A stretch of 37,938 nucleotides of DNA from Reclinomonas americana ATCC 50394 (Eukaryota): contig PS015173.1 of NCBI GenBank assembly GCA_048213135.1, positions 62,001-99,938 of the forward strand, in the 5' to 3' direction. A model generated the notes under the pieces. That model was not told where the DNA came from, did no database searches, and worked only from the letters and a program-made list of their open reading frames with translations. The position numbers and the translations under genes are program-made. Below, piece after piece: positions 1-12,000 of the stretch (positions are counted from its first letter, which is position 1; every line of letters starts with the position of its first letter).

Positions 1-3000
1 GTTCCAGAACGCCATTGATCTCCAGCGCCGCATGCGCAATCTCAATGGCGAGCAGTGCGTGGTATTCCTCGACGAAGCCGGTCAGTTGTGCCGTACCCTA
101 CCCCCCGATGTCCAAGTTCTTGCTGAGTTGCCTTCATTGTTGTTTCAGGTCTGCCGTCACAGCGCAAGCAGGCACTGAAGGTCACCCATGCCTATCTGGA
201 CCATCCGGTCGTGTCTTCTGTGTTTTTGTCCAACACGACACTCGACGCAGCGTGAGTAATTGTGTACGCCCGCTGTCTCTTTTGTGGTGCTCTCGTTCTC
301 AACAGTTTTGACATTACAGCAAGACGAATCGCATGATCCAAGTGCTGCGCCCGCTCTCGTCGGAGGCCGAACTACGCGAGCTCGCGCACGGCTTCCTCAC
401 CGACAATTCACCGCAGGCAGCCACTCCGTACCTCGAGGCGCTTGCGGAGGGGCTGTGCAGGGGATTCAAGCGTGTGGTTGAGTTTGCCGATAACCTCTTC
501 CACATGCGCGATTTCGTGTACTTTTTGCGGTATCTGCGACGAGCCGCCTCTCGTGACGGCGCTCTGGGCGATCAGGTGCGAGTGTGCATTTGCTTGCGGT
601 GAGAGTGCTGCCCCGCTGTGCCCAAGAATGGCTCTTGTACTGCGCAGTTTGTCGTGTCGGTCGAACACTTTGTGGCCGGCGTGTATCGCAACTTTGGTGG
701 CATTCCGTCTCACCGATTGCGCCAGGTGCTCCTTTTTTTGTTGTGCGCACGTGATCGTTTCAGTGGCATTGGTGGCTCACCGAGTCGTGTGTAACATTGG
801 CCAGCTGTGTGACATGTTTGTTGACGAGGTGAACCGTGCAATCGTGGAAAGGTTCGACCCTCCTCCTGAGCACATGCTGCTGCTGATCGACGAGCGGCGT
901 ATGCAAGACTTCTCGGTGGTCAACGCCCTGCGTGGCAGCCTGGAGGAAAGGCTGAAGGAGGACGAGGACCCGAATCAGGTGTGCAATGTGATGCGCACGC
1001 GTGTGTGTGTGCGCCGTTGACGACTGACGATGTGTGTTGCTCGTGTTCGTCCACGTAGGCCCCGTTCCGCTACACCCTGCTTATCGACCCGACCGAGTCG
1101 CAGCTGTCGGTGCAGCTGCTGTACGACCTCAAGAGTGCGTATAAAACTGAAACCGTAGCTATCGAGTGTGTACTGACCAGGCGAATCTCTCTCTCTCTCT
1201 CTCTTTTGTCAGTTGTGGATCCTGATCGCACGGTGGTGCGATGTGTCACTGCGGATTTCGAGCGTGATGACGACCAGCTTGTCAATCGGCCTTTGGTTCT
1301 TGCTCGCATTGTCGACGCCATGCTCAAGGGTCAGACGGTGGTTCTCATCAACGTTGCGTCTCTCTCTCTCCTGCTGGTCGTCTTGTGGCTTCCTGGATTG
1401 CCAACGAGTCTCGAAACAATCACACAGGGTGCGACCATCTTTACATCGTTGTACGATGTCTTCAATCGGCACTTCATGTGCGTCAAGGGCCAGTACTATG
1501 GTGTGTCACCAACAGTGCGCAATGTCTTAGTTGTTGATATTTACCTCCTTTGTTCCTCGCAGCCAATGTGGCCATCGGAGCCATGTCGCGCTACGTTGTC
1601 GGTGAATATCACTCTTGTCTGTCCCTTAGACTTCTTCGTGTTGTCCACTACTGACACTGTCCGTTGGGTGGCTAGTGCATCGCGATTTCCGTGTCATTGT
1701 CCACTTGCCACTCAAGTCGTTGCCTACTACGCCGCTGCCGTTCTTGAATCGGTGTGTAGCCATGCCCTGTTTTTGTGTGAGTGCAAACTTGCGTGCGCTA
1801 ACTCTCGCCACCTCGTCAGCTTTGAGAAATTCGTTCTTGGTGCCACCGACGGTTTGTAATGCAAGAGGCACCATCCGCGATGTTTGATTCTGATGAAAGC
1901 TTCCATTTGATACATCACTTAGTGCTGGACGAGATGCTGCTTGATCCACGAGTCGCACGCATCCCGACCGTGGACGGTGGATCGGCGCCGCTGTTGCGCG
2001 CAGTGTCTGAAGGATGCCATGTTGCGTGTGACATTAGTTGGTTTTCGTGTGGTGCGGAGAGCTGACTTGCGCGGGTGTGACGCACAGGAATTCGTACGCC
2101 AGGTTGATCCTACCGCATTCTTTGGCCTGCATGCTGCAGAGACGGTTGCCGCTCTCTTCATCAGCGTCGCTCGTCAGAGCGCTGGCGGACTGCCGCTAGT
2201 GACTCCTCCGTTTGCCATGCCCCCTCTCAGCCGGCAGGCAGCTGCGCTGGCCGCTGCCAGTCGCTCAGATCTCGATCCCGATCAGTTGCAGACTCTCATC
2301 CGCCTCGCCAATTTCCACCTGTTGCAATTGGTGCGACCGGAGACGCTGTACAGCCTTCGGCACCGGCTGCCGGTGGTGTACTTGTCGGAGGTTGGTAATC
2401 CATCCTATGTGCATCTGCTAGTCAGAAGACGACACATGCTTATTCACTCCCCTCACTCTTCTTGGCGTGCAGTACCTGGTCACACAGGAGCACCTCTCAG
2501 TGTACGCACTGCTGTCGCAAGTGCTGCGACTGCGACTGGCTCCCAATGGCGCTGCGGAGGCTCGTGATCGGACGCCATCCAAGTGGGTGATTTACACTCG
2601 CTCGTCGTACGAGCTGGCGCAGTTGCATCAGCGCCCATCGCTGCTGCGAGTGCTCCTGGCGCCGGTGCAAATGGAGCCCGGGCAGGATATCGCCGATGTG
2701 GCGCAGGTTTGTTTTGGCTTCGTCTCAAACTATGCATGTGCCACGTGCATGCTTGCTCAAGTGTTGTGATGCACAGATTTCCGTACTCGGTTCCTTCATG
2801 TCGCAAGAGGACTGCGCAGCCTCGGTGCGCGATTTCTTTGCCAGCCGTCGACGCCTGCTGTTGGTGACAGCGGACATGTTGCGTAGATCACGCACTCGCT
2901 TCGGTCGAGAGAGATGATGCATTCTGAAAAGCATTTATTATTCCTCTGCTGCAGGTCGGTCGTGTCCACTCGCCAAGTCAACTTTTGGCGCTTCCAAGTC

Positions 3001-6000
3001 GACGAGCAACTGCGCCAACTGGCCGGTGCTGCTGCCGAGGGCGAGAGAGCGCCGGTCGTGGTCCTCATTCAGCATTTGCCACCGGAGCTCGTCTCCAACC
3101 AGTTCGGTGCGTGCTCACTGGACGCCACACCACTGATCAACAACTGGACGTATACGTACGTGGACTCGCTCGGTAGGTTGAATTTGTTTGTTCAAAGCGC
3201 TGCGTTGAAGTATTCGTGTCTCATGTGACTATCAAGGCTTGTCGACTGGATCTGCACATGACGACGCAATCGTCGCCGCTGATGCGCAGGGTGCTGATGG
3301 CGAGCAGCCGGCCGCAGTCATGGGCGCAGTTCACGCACGTCAGTGGATGGCTGTGGCATTCGGCCTGACGCAGCGAGCGGTATGTTTGTGGTTGGTGTTG
3401 TTTGACTCGGCTCTGTTGTGTGTACTGATGCGCTGCAATGGTCTCTGCAGGCCGCCGATGACGGACAACTGGGCGAATTCGACAGCCTCTTTGAGTCCTC
3501 GCTTAATGCCGTCTTCAACGTCTGCAATGTCACTGCCGTGCGGCTTCCGCAGTCACTTGTTCTCCGCCATGCGTCGGCGTTTTACAAGGCGCCTATGCCG
3601 ACTGCAGCCATTCCTCCGGCAACTCGACTGGCCGTGTTCCGCAAGGTACGTCTAAGGGACCACTCTTCGACAGCAGAGATGTTGATGTATTGATTGCTTG
3701 TTGCGTAGGTTCTGGAAAAGCACCCGCAGCTCAAGGAGGATGTCGTGCAGCGCTTCGTGAGCATGTGGAACTTGATGATGCTATCGCGCATTGTGGACTC
3801 GAGCTGCAAGGTCCTTACCTGCTTCCTTGATTTCTCTCCGATTTCGTCGCATCTGCTGTGCTAACTTGCTGGTGACTGCCGCTACTGCAGAGCATCTTGC
3901 GCGGCGACATTGTGCGGTCGTTGCTGGATGTCATCCTGTCGAGCATGCAGGAGATGATGCAGGGTCAGCTGTCCAACATTGTTCGGGCCTTCTGCGAGCA
4001 TCTGTCTTTGGAAAGCGTACTTCGCGTGCTGTTTGACGACGATGCCAACTTGGCGGTGCATGCCGAGTGGCTCACAGTGTGCATTCGCTCCCTCGAATCG
4101 TCACGTCCGACCGGCTCCGGCAGCGGCACTGGTGCATTGACATGCTCAGTGCCAATGGGCAAGGACCTCATCGCTGAGCCGCCCCGACTGCCACTATACG
4201 ATGTTGCGTGTCCATCTGTGTTTGTACAACGCACACTTAAGCCTTGTGAGAGGTGGCCAGCTCAAGTGGTGTTATTTTTCTCTTCGTTGAACACAGTACC
4301 TCGCGTCTCGCATGCGTACTCTGGTGCGACGAGCTGTTCGACGTGTTCCGGAGCGTCGCGACGATCCCGAGGCTCTTGCCGAGCAGCTCGACTTGCTGCT
4401 CCGCAAGAGCACTGTGGCCCCGCTGTGCGCTACGATCGAGCAACGCGACTGTTGCGTGCGTTCTTCGCAATTCATGCAGATTAAGTCATGCGGAGCTCAC
4501 CCGACACTCCTCCTTGCTTCACATGCAGTGCTGTGGAACAACTGCCTGTACGACTTCCTCACTCGTAGTCTGGGTCTGCCACTTCGCGGCTTGCCTGAGC
4601 GCCTGTTCAATGTGTTTGCGAACCTGCTGGAGCTCCTCGACTCGCGCCGTGGCAAGATGTGCTCCATGTTCGTCTCGCTGCATCTGCAACGACCGCTATT
4701 CGCATTCGCTTTTGCGTCACTCCGACCACTGTTGGAGATCGCGCCGGGCGAGTGCGTGCAGCTGTTTGCGGATCTGGAGCGCGCAGGCACTGTGGAGGAG
4801 TTCCGACGGACACTCGTTGGTCGCGATGTGGGAGTGCTGTTCAATGCCGTCGTCGACATTGCTCACGGCCACGCCGCCGATGCCGACTTGCAGAAGCGCA
4901 TGACGGCGCTGGAAAGCACGCTACTCTTCTACTTTAGTCGAGTCGGCAGTCGTGAAAAGCTGCTGCCGATGGTGGCTGACGCGCACGAACGCGCCAAAAT
5001 TGACGTGCTTACGGTTCGCTTGGACGTCCTCGGTCAATGCGATCACTGTTCCCAAGCATGGTTCTGACCACATGCTTGCTTGACGTGTTTCAGGTTGTAC
5101 ATCTGTGGCTCCATCAGCTGCAGTTCGGCAACGAGTCTGCAGAGGTGCTGATTCGAGATCTGTCGCGCATTATCGACGACGTCGAGCGTGCGGTGCGCGA
5201 GGCTCGTCTGGTAAGCTGTTACATCTGAATCATTCCGTCCGTCTGCGGTTGTCTCACTAACACGTGTCGCAAAAGCCCTTCGGAGGCGTGATGGAACTCG
5301 TGCGGCAGCTGATTCGCGCCGAGTATGACCGCCGTCATGGAGTGATTGATGGACAAGTGGTGGCTGGATTCCTCTTCGAAGTCCTGCAAACATTTGTGTC
5401 TGCACCGTTGTTGGAGGCAGGTGTGCGCGAGGACCCGGCCGTCCAGGCTCAGTGGCTCGACGGTCAGGCCAGTGCAATGAGACTGCTGAATCCGGAGCAG
5501 GCCGATCACTCTCGCTTCGTGCGTAATCAGGAGCGCACTTGTCGCCGCTCACGCCGCTGTCGCCTTCTCAATCATGGTTTTGTGTGTATAGTTCTTCAAC
5601 GAGTTGCCGCGCGATCTGCGCGCTCAGATGCTGCTGAAGATCGTCCGCGAGGCACTCTCGTCGCCCCATCACGAGGCCAAGGAACAGCTCTTCAGCGCCA
5701 TGAGCGACGAGATTCGCATGGGTATCGCCAGCCCGGAGCAAGGCGCAGCTGCAGGTGCTGCCGCGCCTGCCTTTGTTCCGTTGGATCTCTGTGCGGCGGA
5801 CGTACTGGCAGATGCGGCGTTTGTGTCGCGCTTCGACGTACTGTGCTACGAGGTCAGCTGTTCTGCCTCTTGCTGCCTTTTTGTAATGCGCACACTTACC
5901 GATTCCGCTTCGTGCAACAGGTGTTTGCAGAGTACATTCGTGGGTTCACCGTGCGCGACTGCGTGCAGTACATTCTCTCGATTGAGCAGCAAGTACTGCG

Positions 6001-9000
6001 CGACCCAGGCGCCAAGGTGCACTACAATACCGTACGCGTTCAACATGGCAGTAGCAGTTGAGTCTCACCCGCTGTTTCTCTCTGTCTCTCGCTTGCGTGT
6101 TTCACAGTTGTCTGGTGACGTGTTCGGGGCCGCACTTCGTGTCCAACTCTTGCGAACATTTGCCTCGACGCTCGGCAGCGATCCACGACCACCCATCGAA
6201 GTTGCGTCGTGCGATGAGTTGAACTCTCTCTCCGTGCTGCGTTGTGTTGCTCATGGTGATCGCCAGTTGCTACGAGATGTGAATGTGGTCGGCGATGTCG
6301 CTACCGCCGAACGCCTGTTGCGCCAGGCGCTGGCTTCCGGCCAACCGGCTCAGTTGTTCTTCTTCGGCTCCATTCCGGTGCGACTCCTTGCGTGTGTCTT
6401 CGATTGGTTTTAAGCATGGTCTTTACGCGGCTTTCGCTTGTCACATGCATATGCAGACACAAGACCGGCTGGTGACCGTGCTGCGTTCGCGTGAGTTCCT
6501 CGACGCGCTGGGCATGGTGCAAAACTGGTTCGTCGATTCGGAAGTTGGCGCCGCCTCGTCGCACCAGATGCCATTCATGCTCGATCCGACGCACCCACAC
6601 CATGTGGTCTTCACGGCTCTCCGCACTGCGATTGCCAACAATAACCCTCAAGTTTGTGCACTCGACTAGCTGCCTACTTCAATGGAGCCACACACTCATT
6701 TGTCGCACAATGTTCTTTTCTTGCAGGCGGTGGTGCAGCTCGTGACAGAGCGAGTGAATCAGGCCGGTGGCGACGCTTCAGCGATCCTGGAAACGCGCCA
6801 CGTGCTTCGCATGTGCGTGTTGGCCATCGCGTACCACGACTACTTCTGCCGCTGCCGCGAGAGTGCTTGCCTCGTCACACTGCTGGACGACGCCGCCTAC
6901 CAGGGCGTTCGAGATGCGCTGCTGCTGGATTCGCACGCGGGTTCGGCGGGTCGTGAGCGTCGCATGTTCCGCTTCTTCTCGGTTATGCCGCCCGACGTTC
7001 CTGATCGCTACGCCAACGCATTCGCGTACATTTTTTCGCTCCAGTTGTGTTTCCTCTGTCTCCCATGCCACTTCTCGGCACAGTGGTTAACGCACTTGCT
7101 TACCGTTGCAGTGCTGTGCAAAACGATCCGGCCCTTGCGATCAAGCGCCACTTCTTGTTTAACTTGCTGCTCACCGCTGTCAGCCTGCCGCACGATAGGA
7201 GCCATTTGTACCCACGCATCTTCTGTCCGACGGTGAGATCGTCGCTGCGGCGTTGACTGCCGTCGTTTTCGCTTCTCACAGTGGTGGTTTGACTGACTTG
7301 CAGGAAATTGACGGTGCCAGCGAAATCGGCATTGGCTCTGCTGACTGTCACCGCAAGATTTGGGACTGCGGCTACCAGTATGACGTGCAGACTGGTTTGC
7401 AGCAAGGTCATACGTTTGACGGCAACACGCTGCACCGGTTGACCATGAACGCCATTACCTGTGCGTTTGCTTATTGCATGTGCACCATCGTCGGGGGAGA
7501 CTGACAAGTAGAATGCGCATCCTTGCAGGGGGCTCCACTGCCATGTGCTTCCTCATCGACCCGGAGGTTCACGCGGAAAATATTCGAGCCGGCCGGTATG
7601 TGTGTGTGCATCATTTTTTTGCGTAATGCACGACAGATTACTGACAGAATGTTCATCGGTAGGCCATACCATTACTTGAGTTGAGTTGCATCGTGCTGCC
7701 GCGCCATGTGCGACCGAGCTCACGAATTGCTCCTTTTCTTTATCGTGGCATTTGCAGACGCCTACGGAGATTTTGCACGTGAGCGAGTCGATGGTATCGA
7801 GGTCCAGCGCAACCTGTCGCAGCAAATCGCCATCTACGCCTGGACGAAACCTTCAGTGTTCTTTGATGAAGTCTCTGCGCACGGTCTGCATCTCCTATGC
7901 TGGCGCTGTTGTCTTTTGCGGTGCTGCTGACATGGCGCTTTGTGTCTGGTAGCTGCGGTCACCGATGTGTCGTTCTACATGACGCAGGCGTTGGATCTGT
8001 GGCGAACAGAGGCGTGGCGAGCGATTCGTGCTGGCGGCGCTGATGTTCTGCGTGCGCATTTTACGACAGAGCCGCAAGGTGAGTGGCTGGATCGTGTATG
8101 TGAAGTAAGAGGCGACGCGAGAGCTTATTCGTGAAACCATCATGTAGCCAAGGGCTATGAGAATTCCTGGCGCGATTGGTCATTCGCGCATTTGGTGGGC
8201 GCCGACTATGTGGCACTGAAGGCGCCGTACGAGGGCGCAGCCCGCCGTGCGGCCGAGCCCGTCGACCGTGCGTTGGAGTGGCATAACAGGAACATTGCAA
8301 ATGTGGGCCTCCATCGACTGCGCTTCCCATCCGTTGACTCATTCCGCGATGCGCTTGGTACGTGATGTCATCAAGAAGGCGATGTCGTGTGAAGTAATGG
8401 CCTCATGCTCACCATCGTGTGCCGGTTTGCAGGAGCGCAACGACCCGCGCTTGTGTACAAGTTCTTTGGCAAACGGCGCCATTTGTCCATGTTGCAGCAC
8501 ATTCCGCTGTTGGTGCACTTCTACAATGCGATCCACCAGCTGGTGGACCACCGTTGCGTTGGGCGCTGCTCTGCTGCTTCTCTCATCGCGTTGACTGTGG
8601 GTCACAGGCCTCACCGAGGAGCAAGCCTGCTCCTTGACTGTGCGTACCGTCATTGCTGAGCTCGAAGAGCGCGCCGACATGCGTCGCGAGTTGCTGGAGC
8701 TGTGGAACCAATTCCGAGCGGCCACGACGGAGATTGCGGAGGTGTTTGCTCTGCTACCTGGTTGCGGAGAAGACGACGATGGTGGCGATGAAGACGGCGG
8801 CGCCGACGATGGGGCACACCGCGGGCAGGCCGACGCAGCTGCGCGGGCAATCCCACTCATTGACGACGAGACGCCGTTGATGGTGCTCTTATCGGTTTGT
8901 CGACAGTTTGCTGGCTTGCTTACTGTTGTAATATCACCGCGTGGGTTGATATTGACTGGACGTTCTCTGCTTGTACATGTAGTGGGCCGACGAAAACATG

Positions 9001-12000
9001 CATGATGCAATCTTGCAGATTGTGGAGATGCTAGTTCGCTTGCAGAACTCGATGCTCCGATCGGCGCACGACGCGCTTCCGCAGCTGGGTGTGACACGCG
9101 TGTCGGATGTGGCCCATCTTCATCTGATTGACGTCCACAAGGACTTCACGATGCAGCAGTCGCTGTTGACTGGCGACCTGGATAATTCATTGCAGGCGTA
9201 CGGTGTCACCTGTGTGAGTGTGGCGGATGATGGGCAGCTGGTGGTGGACTGGCCTCGCCTCAGTCGATATGTGCGTATATCTGTCCCTTTCTCACTATGA
9301 TACGCGTGCTGACTGTGTGTACTTGCAAATGATGCAGCTCGTGTATCGCCATGTTCTTGGTCGCGCGTCAATCGTCAGCAGCAGAGATTCTACTGGTGGT
9401 GTGCGGCGAGTGTGGGAGCCCAAGACTCAACAGGTGCAGGCCGCGCACGCCGGTGCTGCGGTTGCTGCCGAGGGTGCAGATGCTCAGTCGGGTGGCGACG
9501 GTGCCATGAGTGCACTGGTCGAGTTACTCCCCCGAGTGACTGACCAGTTGTGTCCACCACTTGAGGGGCGCCAGGAGGACGAGTTGCAGAGAATGTTTGG
9601 CCGCGCAACTAGCGTGCAGCTGTCACAGGTGGCAGAGCAGCTGGTCAGTGTCCTCCGCAGTTGCCTGGCCGAGCGGCTGTTCTTGGACCGCCATTCGCGT
9701 CTGGTTTGTATTCGTGTGATCCACCGCAGCTGTGCAGGAGAAGTCCACTAATTGGCGAGCAGACGATTGAGGATGTGTGCAACGAGTACTGCGGAGTCCC
9801 TGTCACCGGCTTCCTCACGCATGCGTGCGGCCGCCCGATCAAACATTTGCGCAGTCTGTGCAACGTGGTGGTCGAACTGTTCGCCGACATGGCGGAACTC
9901 GGCGAGCAAGCGGCTGGAGGGAACTTGTTTGGCGGCGCTGGTCAACAGCTCGATCGCCCATTCTCCCTTCAGTGTCGAGTTTCGTTTTTCACGAGCTGCC
10001 CATGGGCGTGTTATCTCGCAGCTGACATGTGAATCTTGCAAGACTGCGCTGGACGCAGCACGACAGCGCATTCTAATCTCCAGCGACAGCATGGAGGCGC
10101 GGCGTACTGTGGCGTTCTTGCAACGTGTCAGTCAGGCGCTGCGCGAAGAATTCATTGTGGAGGCACTGCAAATGCAGCCACAGATGTCTCTTTGCGAGGC
10201 TCTGGGACAGGAGTTGGATCGGGAAGCGCACGGCGACATGATTGATGTCTGGCTGCCTGCATCGCTGCTTGCCGAGCACTATTCAACGTACTTGCGCTTC
10301 CTGCGCAAGGTTATCGGTGTTTTGTCCCTGCGCTTCCTGCGTGCCAATACGCAGCAGTATGCCGAACATCCACCGCCGTGGTGCGTCCCGGATCGTCCTC
10401 TGCAGCAGATGGCATTCCTGTCCGAGGAGGAGCCTCCGACGCCCGCAAATTCCGAGGCAAGCTCTGCTGATCGCCGCCGCCCTCGCCACGAAAGCGGCGA
10501 CCTCGGCGTGGACGAAGATGCGGTGGAGGACGATGTGGAGATGGTTGAATTCCCCACGGCCTTCAACCGCGGTGGCCGAGGTGGCGGCGGGCAGCAGCCG
10601 GCTGGTGCACAGGACTTCTTCCTGCATCAGGCACGCCGCATGCACTTGCTGCAGAGTTTGCAAGATGCCGTGGCTGTGGGAGACATCGAGGTTTGCGACA
10701 CTGGTGCTATCTCGTGTGCTGCTGCTGAAGCTGATGTTAACGACTGCATCAGTCCATGTTCACCGTTCTTCGAGAGGATGTGACTCTGCTCGAGATGCGC
10801 AACTCAGACGGCCTCGGTTTGTTGCACCTGGCCGCCTGGCACAATCAAGCCGACCTATTCCATGTGCTGGTTGAGCAAGTGCAAATGGACCCGTGGATGA
10901 GAAATGCCGACGGAATGACAGCGTTGCACTTTGCGTTGCGTACTGCCACTCTCATCCTTGTCCTTCTCCTTGGCCACTGCTGCTCACAAGAGAAAAATCT
11001 GAAAACAGGTGCTTCCGCAACGCCCAGGCTGTCATCGGAGCTCTTGCTGACATGGGTCCTCTCGACTTCACCATTGAGACCGAGGACAAGAGAACGCCGC
11101 TTTCGCTTGCGGAGGAGGGTGGTCACGTTGAACTGGTTGGCAAGATTCAAGCCGTGCTCCATGGGTGCGCCTGTCATGTATTTGTTCTCCTCGCCGTTGC
11201 ACAATGGTCATCACAACTGACTCTACTGCATGACCGGTGCAGCGACCCTGCGCCGTCAGACGATCCAGTGGAGCTTATGCCCATCGGCGTTGCTACATTG
11301 GATGTGGTGTGGTCCCTGCTTGCAGAAGGCGTCGGCGCGTCGCCGTTGCCGGCAGATTCTGCAGTTGGAGATGACGTCCAGTACCTGCAAAGTGCCGTGT
11401 TGGCGCTGGGACTGCAGCCGCGATCCACGCAGAGTATGTCTGTGATCGAGGTCGTGCCGAGTGCGCTGGGAGACGAGAGCGGAAGCTCGTGGCGCTGCGA
11501 TGCGGCGGCTGAGTGGAGCATGAGTGCAGAGGGCACCATCGCCGGTCACCCTGTGGACTTTACGGCTTTGGCGGAGGAGATTGTCGCCGGCCGAGTCGAC
11601 TCGTCTCGTGATCTGGCCGCTCTGTGGGCTCTGTTGGTGGCCCAGCCGCCTTCGGCGGATGTTGCACGGCCTTCATGGGTTGTGCTTGTCACCTCCAGTC
11701 GTCGCGTTCCTGCCGCATTGTTCCGAGTGGGTCCAGATCTGGCGGAGGCCAGCCAACTGGCCGCCTTCGAAGCCGACCCTCCTAAGTCTGCTGACGAGTG
11801 CTTGTTTGTGGGCCTGCTTATGTCCAGTCGGGAATTCTTTGCTCTGGAGGTCGCGGATGAAGGGCTGCTGCAGGCTGCTCTTCTGCAGCGGTGGCAACCG
11901 CCACCGGTTGATACCGCGGCCACAGATCAACAGTCGGCATTGATGGAACCGAGAGAGCTTGTGGCACAGTTTCGCGCACTTGTCCTTGTCTTCTTGCTCG

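Noticed and set aside
9895-10045. Apparent frameshift or GC-AG intron in the RNF213-like gene
   Set aside because: A canonical GTTTCG..AAG intron (~9979-10041) with a branch-like GCTGAC joins the frames, so no pseudogenisation is needed.
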